DNA of 64,000 nt, from the NCBI GenBank assembly GCA_034226945.1, contig CP120453.1, positions 496,001 to 560,000 of the forward strand, in the 5' to 3' direction. Below are positions 34,142 through 43,834 of the stretch, in pieces. This DNA comes from Picochlorum sp. SENEW3. Lineage: Eukaryota. The position numbers and the translations under genes were made by a program. The notes beneath the pieces are model-generated. The model had not been told where the DNA came from. It saw nothing but the letters and a program-made list of their open reading frames with translations, and did no database searches. Numbering within the stretch: the first letter of the stretch is position 1; every line of letters begins with the position of its first letter.

Positions 34142-34753
34142 TCATGATGACGAGGGCGCTGCTGTATTCACAGCAGGGGCAGCAGCAGGTGCGTCGTCCT
34201 TCTTCTGCTGTGCAGTTGTCTGAGCATCAATAAATGGCTTCACAATATTCTCCAAAGCCGGTATATCTTTTAACTGATTCGCCGCCATGCGCAACGCATC
34301 CTTGATGAACATGGTATAGAGCAACTTGGCTCCATAGAATTGTGGCACAACCAACCATGCAAGCAGGGCAGTCTTGAGCAGGCCATACAAAGGAACCCAC
34401 ACCAACACCACCCACAAAAGCTTCTCCACAATGTTGATAAAACTATACACCACCCAATACGTCAACCACTGCTGATCATCCTTGGCTCCAGGAGACTCGA
34501 TCGCCTCAAAAGACTTGAACGTTGGATATATGACACCTACTCCTAGTCTGCACAGTATCATGCTCACGAATCACAAACACACCAAATACCCGTTGTTTTA
34601 TGTTCCATGAAACATATATAACATAGATTCGCAGGAATGCGCGTGGTATACGACAAGGCGAGTTTGAAACCCACGAGATCAAAAGACAACGTACTGTGCC
34701 AGGGCCACCAGGGTTGAGAAGCCTGGAATAAGTTTCAAGAGCAGACCAATCAT
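34142..34753 (-). CDS. HVA22/Yop1/REEP (TB2/DP1) family membrane protein; intron about 34694-34548
   Basis: Spliced MIGLLLKLIPGFSTLVALAQ-LGVGVIYPTFKSFEAIES..DDQQWLTYWVVY...PQFYGAKLLY. Confidence 0.88.
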
Positions 34754-34925
34754 TCTGTGTATTGTTTTGACCAAATAAGGATGCCTCGGAGTGTTCTATG
34801 GAAGAAAAATGACAGGATGGACGTGGCCCAGAGGCGACTACTTTCTTATTCTCTTTATTTACAGAGTGCTTGAGGGAGACTGTGATATGCTGCCGATGGT
34901 CGACAATGTGCCATAGTGTAATACT

Positions 34926-37900
34926 ATGGTTGACATATCAAGGGATATTGATGGGGTTGTGAGCATTTCAGAGGCCACATTTGGGTTGCACCCACCAGCC
35001 CAAGGTCCTGAGAGTGAAGGCTTTGTTCGGCAAGTGGCGAGTATACAGTGGTCATTGCTGAAGAGGACGAATATATACTTTTTTGATATTGATTTTGAGC
35101 GGTTGGATGAAGGATCGAAGCGATCTGAGGAGGTGCATTTGGCGGTGTTGGTTTTGAAAGAATGCATGAAAGCACAGCTGTCGAATGATTCTGAGGGCGC
35201 CAAGGGCATGTATATGTCTATATTGGCGTTACAAGCGATCCAAATGGTTCATGAATATTCGGAATGGGCAATGGATATGGATCGAGTTGAATGGGAGTGG
35301 GCAGTTGAACGAGTCTTGTTGAAGGTGTTGTCGTCTCAGGAGGTGTTGGTTCGATCCACGGCGTTTTTGGAAATGGTCGTGGATTCGATTGCTCCAAAGA
35401 TTGTGGGTGGGAGTGCATGTTCTAGCTTGGCGTGTTGGAATGTTGCGAAGAATGTGTTGGCTTGTGTGTCGAGAGTTGAGCAGGAGGGTGTTGATATTCG
35501 GTATGAGCTCATACCGTCAGAGGTCGGGGTGTATATATCGTCCATTTGCGTCAAGAGAGCTGTCGAGACTAGAATGAATGACGAAAAGGCTGGAAGGAAT
35601 TCGTGTGGTGAATTGATTGGGTTTCTGGAGTGTAGCTCTGGACAGGCATTCTGCCAGATTATAGACCTTGTGAAGAAGCAAAAGCGACGTGATGAGGCTC
35701 CTCCGTTGAGTCTGATGAAGGCTATTGTAGATTCATGTAGAGAGTATGATGAAAATGTATATGTGAGCTTGCTACGACAGGTCTGGGATCTCTGTACGTA
35801 TTTGTGGAAGGAGGGCAAGGCTGCTGAGGAAATTTCAATTCTGGTTCAGTATGTCAATGCCATGGTGGCGTCGGGACGTGTGCTGTCCTATGATGACAGC
35901 CATGTTTGGGATTTATTGTATTGGTCGCTTCTCAGTAATAAGAATGTCGTGAAGAAGCGCGGTCTTTTTGTTCTGGAGCGAATGGTTCAAGGAATGCCAG
36001 AAGCAATGGCAGTCAGGTGGCAGCGTTTTATTCAGGTATATTTGGGGCTTGATGATACATCGTTGCACCTTTTCAAAGAAAATTGGAAGGAAATAGATCG
36101 CTTACATCCCGAAGATGACTCTGTTGAGAGGCTCCCGTTCAAATTTATTGAAATGGCTTGGATGTTGGGAATCCGTCACTCACAAACAACATGTCAAAAG
36201 TTGGCCCTGGTGACATTCCTCACTCGAACATGGAGCACCCAGGATTTGACATTGTTGAAAAAAGGTTTTCTAAAGGATGTGCTGATCCCAGTATTGGGGC
36301 AATCGTCTGTATATCGTGGTGCTCATGGGGAAGAGATTGAGCAGCATCTTGATGGATTCTTTCAGCAGTGGGGTGCTGCCGTGTTAGAAGAAGGAGATGA
36401 CTCATTCTGCGAGCTTGTCAGCTGTTTCTTAGAGGTATTCTATGGTACAAAACAGCAACATACATCAATGCTTGTTTGTGCTCGCTTGCTAAAGGTCATG
36501 GGCACTGCTTCTGACAGACAGTCCATACAAGCCTCTCCTGGGTTTATGGAAAAGGTTGTCCAGGCATCGGAATCACAGAAAGTATATGGCTCCAATCATG
36601 TGGCGATTACATGCTACGAATCTTTGTTTGTTTTATGCGCAAAAACAATGAGGATAGGCTCTACAAAGGAGGACGTTTGGCTGCTTCTGAAGTGGCTGTC
36701 TCCTATTCCCAAAGGACTGATTCAACCAGGAGGGACGTTGCACGAATGCGCTGTGAAGGCTCTTGAAAATATTGTGAAGAAAGATGAGGTGCTGGAATCT
36801 TTTTCAGGACTGTATGGGGACTTCTGTGATTTGGATTTTGCGGAAAGAGCAAATATCAAGATATTCAATGCCGCTGCCAAAGCACTCATGCTCATAAGCT
36901 CATTTCATCCTGGAATACTCGAGGCTTTGCAAGGCTGGAAGTCGTTTGAATGCACAATGACGTCATATGGTGAGTGCTGGATGCTTAGCAGTATTTTAGA
37001 TATGGTTCTCCCTCTGAGGGAAGGCAATACTGTTGGTCCTACTGCATTCAATGAATACGTTTGGGGCCAACGTGGACAATTCCAACGTCTTCTGATAGAC
37101 ATCACTGACAATATAAGATGTCAAATAAGAGAAAAGATATCGCCTGGTGAGATAGAAGCAATGTATGCTCATTGTCATGAGCAGGCTGGTCTGCAACATG
37201 AGGAGAAGGATCTGGAGGGTGCAAGTCTGGAGCCATATTTGCTTTATTCTTTTCGGCAGTTTAGGGAAACTATCGTACTCAACGCTAAAGTTTTGAGACA
37301 GAGTATTCAGATCTTGATCATGCAGAATGCACGGGAAGACTTGAGCAACATATCCAATCTTCTGCATGAAGCTGCTGAGACTCTAGTGATGAAATACAAA
37401 GAAATCCTAGTTGTCCACGAGTATCAACACCTCAAGCCTCATTTGCGGGAGTTATGCTTTTATGAGGACGCCATACTATTGTTAAGGCTTATGGAAGGGT
37501 TAGGAGACTGTTTGCGTCTAGTTCTGGACAAGGAGGACTACTCTTGTGGGAAGTTGAGCAGACTTAGAGCTGATATTCTCGACTTGTGCCTCGGAAATTT
37601 GGAGATATTTCATTGTCGAGATTCAACAAGGGGCAATATTATTAGTCATACAGAAGTCTTATCTTCGAAAGAGATTCGGAAGACTTCAAAAAGTATGAAA
37701 GCTCCTACAGTCGAGGACTGGTTCACATTATGTTCTTGGAGAGTGATTGATGTATATTTGACAGCATCTGAGCTCTCAAACGTCTCCATTGCCAGGATGA
37801 TAGGTTATGCAATCTCCGATTTGCAAAGCATCCCAGATGGAAGCAATAAGATAATTCCAATAATTCACTGTCTTCGAAGCATCATCCCTGTGACACTAAA

Positions 37901-40055
37901 AAATGATTCAGTGAGCACTCAATGCAGGCAAGTATTTTGCGAACTGGGTTGGGAAGATATGCAGCCAGAATGGTGGACAAGAAACAATATCGTGAGTCTC
38001 ATTGGCCGTAGCCTTCTGGAGGTTCTCAAGGGGCAATCAAGGAAAAAGACTGGCATATCTGCTGCTGTCCTGACAACCATTGTCCATCCTGATCTTTTTA
38101 GTCCAAGCATGCTCGAGATAGACTACGTCATGGAGATGCACAAGATTGGGGGAAGCATTAATTCTCTCGTTAAAGACGCAGTCGAGTTGGGACAGCGCTT
38201 TAATCGACTCTTGGTTCAAATCTCCTGTCACCTTGGTGCACTTCTTGCTCGTGCACCTTGTCTTGGTATCCACTATTCTGATATTCTTCAGGATCTTTGT
38301 TTGGTCGCGTTCACCAACGACTCTAGCTTTCTAACTTTACGGGATGAGATTTTAGATTCGGTGACAGCGGCTGAGACGTCGTTTGTCCTGACGTCAGTGC
38401 CCCCAGAAATTGCAAGAACATATGCTCAGACTGAGTGTGCTCCACGAATTGCAACATTATGTCTCTTGCATCACTGGGTTGAGAGCGGTATTGATGGAGA
38501 TGTGGAATCAGAGCAATCTGCAATATTCATGTGGCAGAAGCTGTACAACTTTTCATGCACAGACGAGGACGTTTCACAAACGTGTTACATTCACTATGGC
38601 AGTGTGCACAAGAAGAAAGTTCGAGTCTGGCAGGCATTGACAATACTTGCACCAATCATCCCAGACAAAGATATAGAGTCGTCATTTGAAAGTATTATGC
38701 AAGCCATGGATTCCCCAAATGCAGCTACTGTGAAACAGTATCAGGAAATTATTGGGGCATCATTGGTACTAAGGAAACCAGAGATCATCCGCAATGCAAT
38801 TTTCCCTGCAATCAGCGATTATACCAGTCAACGTAAAGAAGCCAATACATCATTTTTCGCCATATTAGGAACAGTTATAATGCATTTGGACCCTGACGCG
38901 GACATCATGAATGAGGAGAGCAATACAATGGCCACATCTGAATGGAAGTCCCTGCTTCTTGACTGCTGTGAAAACCTCTTACCATGGTTTGGGGCTTTTC
39001 CGCACGCAAACAGAACTTTTGCACAGTTAGTGCTTTGGAAATTGATTACTGTGTATCCTTGGGTGGTTGAGGAGAAACCTTATTTGAGAAAGCTCCGGTC
39101 ATTTTTTGAAACGAATACAGATTTGCACAGGCTCAAAAAAAGTCTTGGAACAGCTACGGAGCATTTCAATATTTATGAGGCTGTACGCCCTACAGGAATC
39201 ATTTGCACGGGCGACTCAATAATGGGAAGAGCGCAGCAGTCTCAAATGATTGAGAATGCACCACTCCCCATGGTTTTTGCTCTACAAGAGTACCTCTCCT
39301 CCCAGGTCCAAGATACTCGGCACCGCATACAAGAGAACACCAAAAAGGCAAGCGCGATGGATTTCGACATTGGTATTGAAGAGAGCGTTAAATCTTCAAA
39401 AGGTTTCTGGCAGAGGAAAATAACACCTCTCGACCAGACATCTGCAGCTCTAGTGGATCCATGGAAGGTTGCCTTGGGGACCAGTTCCCTGTCAAACGCT
39501 CAGCAATATTCGGGCAATTCTTCCGCAATCGACACGTTTGAGAGCAATCTAGACAATGAAAATACGAAAAAGGAATACAGACAAGATATCATAGTCGTCG
39601 CTTCATTGATTGATAGGGTTCCAAATTTGGCAGGTATCACCAGAACTTGTGAAATCTTCAGAGCAGCAAAACTGGTTGTGCGCGATCTATCCGTGCAGAA
39701 TGACCCCGATTTTGCCAGCATATCTGTCTCAGCTAATTCATGGATGCCTCTCGAAGAAGTCTCGACGGAAAACCTGGCATCCTATTTGCAAATGATGGGG
39801 GCACGTGGGTACAAGCTTGTTGGTCTGGAGCAAACTGAAAAGTCAGTCCTTCTCCCAGAGTACTCATTTGATGCTAGTAAAACTCTGCTTATTCTTGGCG
39901 CTGAGAAGGAAGGCATACCAGCAGACATCCTGGAACTGCTCGAAGATACCATTGAAATACCCCAGCTGGGTGTCATTCGAAGCCTCAATGTCCATGTCTC
40001 TGCTGCCATTACCCTGTACGAGTACACACGCCAACACCAAGCACGAAAGCCATGA
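34926..40055 (+). CDS. TRM3: tRNA Gm18 2'-O-methyltransferase Trm3/TARBP1 (helical repeats + SpoU domain)
   Basis: 1709-aa ORF; HKKKVRVWQAL; SPOUT motifs VASLIDRVPNLAGITRTCEIF, LGAEKEGIP, IPQLGVIRSLNVHVS. Confidence 0.93.
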   Translation: MVDISRDIDGVVSISEATFGLHPPAQGPESEGFVRQVASIQWSLLKRTNIYFFDIDFERLDEGSKRSEEVHLAVLVLKECMKAQLSNDSEGAKGMYMSILALQAIQMVHEYSEWAMDMDRVEWEWAVERVLLKVLSSQEVLVRSTAFLEMVVDSIAPKIVGGSACSSLACWNVAKNVLACVSRVEQEGVDIRYELIPSEVGVYISSICVKRAVETRMNDEKAGRNSCGELIGFLECSSGQAFCQIIDLVKKQKRRDEAPPLSLMKAIVDSCREYDENVYVSLLRQVWDLCTYLWKEGKAAEEISILVQYVNAMVASGRVLSYDDSHVWDLLYWSLLSNKNVVKKRGLFVLERMVQGMPEAMAVRWQRFIQVYLGLDDTSLHLFKENWKEIDRLHPEDDSVERLPFKFIEMAWMLGIRHSQTTCQKLALVTFLTRTWSTQDLTLLKKGFLKDVLIPVLGQSSVYRGAHGEEIEQHLDGFFQQWGAAVLEEGDDSFCELVSCFLEVFYGTKQQHTSMLVCARLLKVMGTASDRQSIQASPGFMEKVVQASESQKVYGSNHVAITCYESLFVLCAKTMRIGSTKEDVWLLLKWLSPIPKGLIQPGGTLHECAVKALENIVKKDEVLESFSGLYGDFCDLDFAERANIKIFNAAAKALMLISSFHPGILEALQGWKSFECTMTSYGECWMLSSILDMVLPLREGNTVGPTAFNEYVWGQRGQFQRLLIDITDNIRCQIREKISPGEIEAMYAHCHEQAGLQHEEKDLEGASLEPYLLYSFRQFRETIVLNAKVLRQSIQILIMQNAREDLSNISNLLHEAAETLVMKYKEILVVHEYQHLKPHLRELCFYEDAILLLRLMEGLGDCLRLVLDKEDYSCGKLSRLRADILDLCLGNLEIFHCRDSTRGNIISHTEVLSSKEIRKTSKSMKAPTVEDWFTLCSWRVIDVYLTASELSNVSIARMIGYAISDLQSIPDGSNKIIPIIHCLRSIIPVTLKNDSVSTQCRQVFCELGWEDMQPEWWTRNNIVSLIGRSLLEVLKGQSRKKTGISAAVLTTIVHPDLFSPSMLEIDYVMEMHKIGGSINSLVKDAVELGQRFNRLLVQISCHLGALLARAPCLGIHYSDILQDLCLVAFTNDSSFLTLRDEILDSVTAAETSFVLTSVPPEIARTYAQTECAPRIATLCLLHHWVESGIDGDVESEQSAIFMWQKLYNFSCTDEDVSQTCYIHYGSVHKKKVRVWQALTILAPIIPDKDIESSFESIMQAMDSPNAATVKQYQEIIGASLVLRKPEIIRNAIFPAISDYTSQRKEANTSFFAILGTVIMHLDPDADIMNEESNTMATSEWKSLLLDCCENLLPWFGAFPHANRTFAQLVLWKLITVYPWVVEEKPYLRKLRSFFETNTDLHRLKKSLGTATEHFNIYEAVRPTGIICTGDSIMGRAQQSQMIENAPLPMVFALQEYLSSQVQDTRHRIQENTKKASAMDFDIGIEESVKSSKGFWQRKITPLDQTSAALVDPWKVALGTSSLSNAQQYSGNSSAIDTFESNLDNENTKKEYRQDIIVVASLIDRVPNLAGITRTCEIFRAAKLVVRDLSVQNDPDFASISVSANSWMPLEEVSTENLASYLQMMGARGYKLVGLEQTEKSVLLPEYSFDASKTLLILGAEKEGIPADILELLEDTIEIPQLGVIRSLNVHVSAAITLYEYTRQHQARKP

Positions 40056-40161
40056 GTATTCTTTCTACAGCAGATGACTATATATTACATTATTTATTTT
40101 CAGGAATGAATATGTATAACAACAACAAGGCACATAGAATATATATTTTGCTCTACAGAAT

Positions 40162-40779
40162 CTATGGGCTCATGGGGTCACCTCCATGGCCCTCACTATC
40201 TTTACTACCGTATAATACATGCTGCTGCTGACCTCTCACTCGTCTAACTCTCTTTCCTATACTAACAATATCATTTGCATCACTAGACCGGGCTTTACTT
40301 CGTTTCTGTCCCCGTCTACTCCCAAACACCACAGCATCCTGTCCATTTTTCTGATCACATCCTCCTGACAGCACAATATCAACATCCACCTCCCCACCAA
40401 AGTCTGCATACGCCATCTTAATAGCTTCATTTTTTCTATGCCCGGGTATGGTGTACTGCGCCCAGTTACCGACGCCATGCCAACACACTAGACCTCTGTC
40501 CACCAAAGTCGCCAAAGCCACCTCAAACACGCCCTTGTGCATTCTCTGCACATCCCCTCCGTCATTCACCAGCTTCTTTAGCATGTAATGCGCTAGTCCA
40601 TGGCAGTGTGCGTTCAACAACACACGCAGAAGCTTGGCAATCACAGTCTCCACGGCACCAGAGTCATCCAACGAACTCTGATACATCCTACCAGAATACT
40701 GATATTTTCTTCCCACGTTCATTTCAAATATTCTCAAAAATCGGCGTGATAATCCACCAACAGACCAATAGAGATACAA
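40162..40779 (-). CDS. Hypothetical protein, possible winged-helix plus basic tail
   Basis: 205-codon ORF (start uncertain); VFEVALATLVDRGLVCWHGVG...QYTI resembles a wHTH recognition helix and wing; basic RRGQKRSK. Confidence 0.45.
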   Translation of the reverse strand: MYLYWSVGGLSRRFLRIFEMNVGRKYQYSGRMYQSSLDDSGAVETVIAKLLRVLLNAHCHGLAHYMLKKLVNDGGDVQRMHKGVFEVALATLVDRGLVCWHGVGNWAQYTIPGHRKNEAIKMAYADFGGEVDVDIVLSGGCDQKNGQDAVVFGSRRGQKRSKARSSDANDIVSIGKRVRRVRGQQQHVLYGSKDSEGHGGDPMSP

Positions 40780-41201
40780 ATTGTTACAGTTCCATGTGAC
40801 AACGACAAGTATTCGAGAGTCGTTGTTACGGGATTCTTGGTGCTATACTACCATATATATCTCATTAAATTAACACAGACTGTAAAATAATAGCACCATG
40901 AGACGGATAGTGGACAAACAAATAGGACACGTGCTGATGAGGAAAAACAGGACACAACGAAAAAGTCCGTATTTAGATGGATTAAACAAATTCTTCGTTT
41001 CGTTCAACCGAAACGGACACCCCTTCTTCCGGCACCAAATTCTGCACTCGGTGAGCCAGGGACAGGGTTTCCGCCCATTTCCTATCGACCCCCTTCCAGT
41101 TTTTACTACTACTACGAAGTATGTCTTGAGACATTTCGTTGTATCACATTCAGTGGTTTCTTTGAAGAGACGAGGGTGAGGGCGCGTGAGGAAGATTCAG
41201 C

Positions 41202-41984
41202 ATGCCACCCGTGACTCGGTCTCAAACACACCCAGCGAAACGAGCCAAAGTCTGCCTGAACCCAAAGCATTCCTCGCACGTTGATGGTTCAAAGAGGAAT
41301 TCAAGGTCTGAGAAGGGCTCTACCTCATTGGTAGCTACGTTGGTTGCTCTTGCGTGTGAAAAGCAGTACTTTGAGACTTGCAAGTGTGCCAATTGGGATC
41401 CTGAACTTTTATTCACCATTTACAATATGTGGAAAGCTGGTGCTATCACAACAGAAGATGTTCGCCTCTTTTCAAAAAGAATTCCAGAGAAATTAGAGGT
41501 ATCAAGGTCAAGTTTTAGATTCCTCAGCTCATCTCTTTTGGGATGTACACGTATACTGAGGTGGAACCAGATTCTCATTCTACAGAAGAGTTCTCGCAAT
41601 TTTAGAGACAGCCCTCGCTGTGTAGAAGCATGGTACTTGCTTATTTCCTTGGTCAGGGACCCCCTAAGGGATATCACATTCACTGCGTGCCACACAACAT
41701 TTGGCTTGACCCTTCACCATCTCAAGCATATTACAACGTATAGGCAACAGCCCACAATGGATTCTTATCGGGGCAGCAAATCCTCAGAGACAGGCACCGT
41801 TGTCTATCCCAGTAACAAGTATATCTATCAAACAAACAAACCAGTCATGCGGCTATACAAGCTTGGAGATGTGTTCAGACTGCTCATTCAGGAGCACGGG
41901 TCGTGGGCACTATTGATGCAGCATTTGAGTTCAATCGATAAAAAATTGTCAGCCTCAACCGTGGACCAGATGCCTGTCCCATGA
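41202..41984 (+). CDS. Hypothetical nuclear protein with an XPA C-terminal-like domain
   Basis: NLS-like PAKRAKV; DITFTACHTTFGLTLHHL...VMRLYKLGDVFRLLIQEHGSWALL parallels XPA IT.T.A...Y.L...L...M.LY....V......GS...L. Confidence 0.55.
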   Translation: MPPVTRSQTHPAKRAKVCLNPKHSSHVDGSKRNSRSEKGSTSLVATLVALACEKQYFETCKCANWDPELLFTIYNMWKAGAITTEDVRLFSKRIPEKLEVSRSSFRFLSSSLLGCTRILRWNQILILQKSSRNFRDSPRCVEAWYLLISLVRDPLRDITFTACHTTFGLTLHHLKHITTYRQQPTMDSYRGSKSSETGTVVYPSNKYIYQTNKPVMRLYKLGDVFRLLIQEHGSWALLMQHLSSIDKKLSASTVDQMPVP

Positions 41985-42006
41985 CATGCCATTCGACTCC
42001 AAAGAA

Positions 42007-42140
42007 TGATGCTTGGGCCGAGTAGCAAATCGCCCAATATTGGGTCGTGCCCATTAATGGGCACGGTCGACATGGATGGATCACATCGTATCGGAGTGAC
42101 GTAAGTCACTCCCGTCGACGGGTATCCAACGAGAGCATCA
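42007..42140. other. Cluster of palindromes/hairpins enclosed by a long-range stem
   Basis: tgatgct 42007/agcatca 42134; cccaatattggg 42033; cgtgcccattaatgggcacg 42046; ggagtgac-gtaa-gtcactcc 42093; cccgtcgacggg 42111. Confidence 0.7.
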
Positions 42141-42284
42141 CCAGTGCGCGAACAGTAGTTGATGATATCGTTGTAAAATATGAAATTTTATTTTCAGAGA
42201 AAAAAGACAACATCTTGATCCGTTAATTTCTACAAAACGGACATAACCCCTTGAGAAAAAAAAGTGTAACAGTCGCCACGTGTC

Positions 42285-42917
42285 ATGAGCCAATACTACC
42301 TGCTCTTTGCTTTTTTCGTGACAGTTGTCAGTCTGACGCAGGCCAGCAACACCTGTGTGAATGATGTTACAAAGTTCACCGTAATTGGAGATGTACAGTA
42401 TGAGCTCGGAAGTGAGAAACGTTTGCCGCTCTCTGTCCGTACTTGTGTCGTTGCGCGATAGATTCCTCGTATCACGGCTGGACGATCCGTACATGTTTTG
42501 ATTGTGCAGGCTAATGAAACAAAGTATCAGTGCGGTGAGATGGGTTCAGAGCTCAGGCCTGACTCTGCCCAAGCAGATCTGGATACCATCCTTGCTTCTG
42601 CCATGTCACAGAGCTATTTGCCACAGCTGAACAGCAAGCCAGAGAATTGTTTCAAGGATGGCAATTCCTACTGTTGTGAAGCAGGAGTGAAGTATTACAA
42701 CCTCATGCATGTCAAGGGATGCATTCTGAATGATGGGGAGAGGGTTCAGGATGGCAAGTACAAAATCACAGCAAGGTCTGATACTGTGGGGAAAGTGGTA
42801 ACATATGGCAAGTTTTCTGTCGTAGTGAACTACGGGTGCAACCAGGAAGCAAGGCAAAAGGTCGCTGCTCTTCGTTTCAACGGAAAGATTTTCCAGCGCT
42901 GCAAGGAGTTTTCATAA
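42285..42917 (+). CDS. Secreted hypothetical protein (about 185 aa, 8 Cys); exons 42285-42434 and 42510-42917
   Basis: Signal peptide MSQYYLLFAFFVTVVSLTQA; phase-0 intron GTCCGT...TGCAG joins it to ORF 42498..42917. Confidence 0.7.
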
Positions 42918-43263
42918 AGACACGGAGGCATATTATTAGTTTCAATCGAGAGTGACATGCATCCTGGTATGTCGTCGTTGTAACATCTTTAATATCAATC
43001 AATCAGTCAGTCAAGGTCATTCATCGGGCCAATGTATGCGCGCATTGGTGCAATCCCATTGACCAATCCATCATGGATTTGAAGAAGAATGTTTCAAAAT
43101 ACGGTTCAACCGCAGTACAACGCGTTTGTAACGAGCCTTGTCAATATCCCTTCGATGCGCCTATTCAATAGCACACTATTTAATAAATCTTCAACAAGAA
43201 AGGAGATCGCAGAAAGAAAACAGTCACAGAGTTCATGGTGTCGTCAACAACAACAACAACAAC

Positions 43264-43830
43264 ATGATTCGTGGTTGCGTTAACATACTAGCGGCGATTG
43301 TATCGCTCTGCGTATCTCTCCTTGCTCTTATTATAGTTATTTTCGTATCTGTGAAATTAACGGATGTCACGTTCGATGGCGTGAATTACGACTTCCAGTG
43401 TCTGTTGGGGACCAACACGTCTCTTGAGACCTTTACCTCGAACAATTGTCTCATGCTGCAGATTCTGGGTGGACTGACTATTGGTCTAGGTCTATTGATT
43501 GGTATCATTCAATGCTATACCTGTAATCTGTGTGGATTGGGTGGAATATTGGATGGGATCTTTTCTTTGTGTGGGTCTGGTGCCTGGGGATATGCAGCAG
43601 GGGTCATCAATCATGCAGTGGATTCGAACGGACAGTTGAGGAGCGAGTACGAGCAAGGTAATTTAGACGTAAGCTCAGTGGTCTTTGACGTATCGCAAGT
43701 GTCGTCCGATGTCGACACGACGAATAATCAGAGAAATGCAACGCGGATCATGTGCTGGATTGAGTTTGGTTTCTTTTGCTTCTTGCTTTTTGCAAGCATA
43801 CTGAAATGCTGCCCTGGTCGTCACAAATAA
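43264..43830 (+). CDS. Four-TM membrane protein (MARVEL-like topology)
   Basis: Four hydrophobic segments, Cys pair in loop 1 (QCLLG...NNC); first ATG at 43264. Confidence 0.7.
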   Translation: MIRGCVNILAAIVSLCVSLLALIIVIFVSVKLTDVTFDGVNYDFQCLLGTNTSLETFTSNNCLMLQILGGLTIGLGLLIGIIQCYTCNLCGLGGILDGIFSLCGSGAWGYAAGVINHAVDSNGQLRSEYEQGNLDVSSVVFDVSQVSSDVDTTNNQRNATRIMCWIEFGFFCFLLFASILKCCPGRHK

Positions 43831-43834
43831 ATAT

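Noticed and set aside
40934..41017. CTGATGAG...CGAAA resembling a hammerhead ribozyme core
   Set aside because: No stem II between the core motifs and no compatible stem I/III with a UH site
42006..42045. ATGA...AAA hairpin as a SECIS element
   Set aside because: The 3' GA of the non-Watson-Crick quartet is missing and the upstream gene has no internal TGA
42110..42130. Minus-strand ATACCCGTCGA resembling part of a TPP riboswitch
   Set aside because: Lacks CTGAGA and the ACCTGA...TAAT...CGNAGG elements
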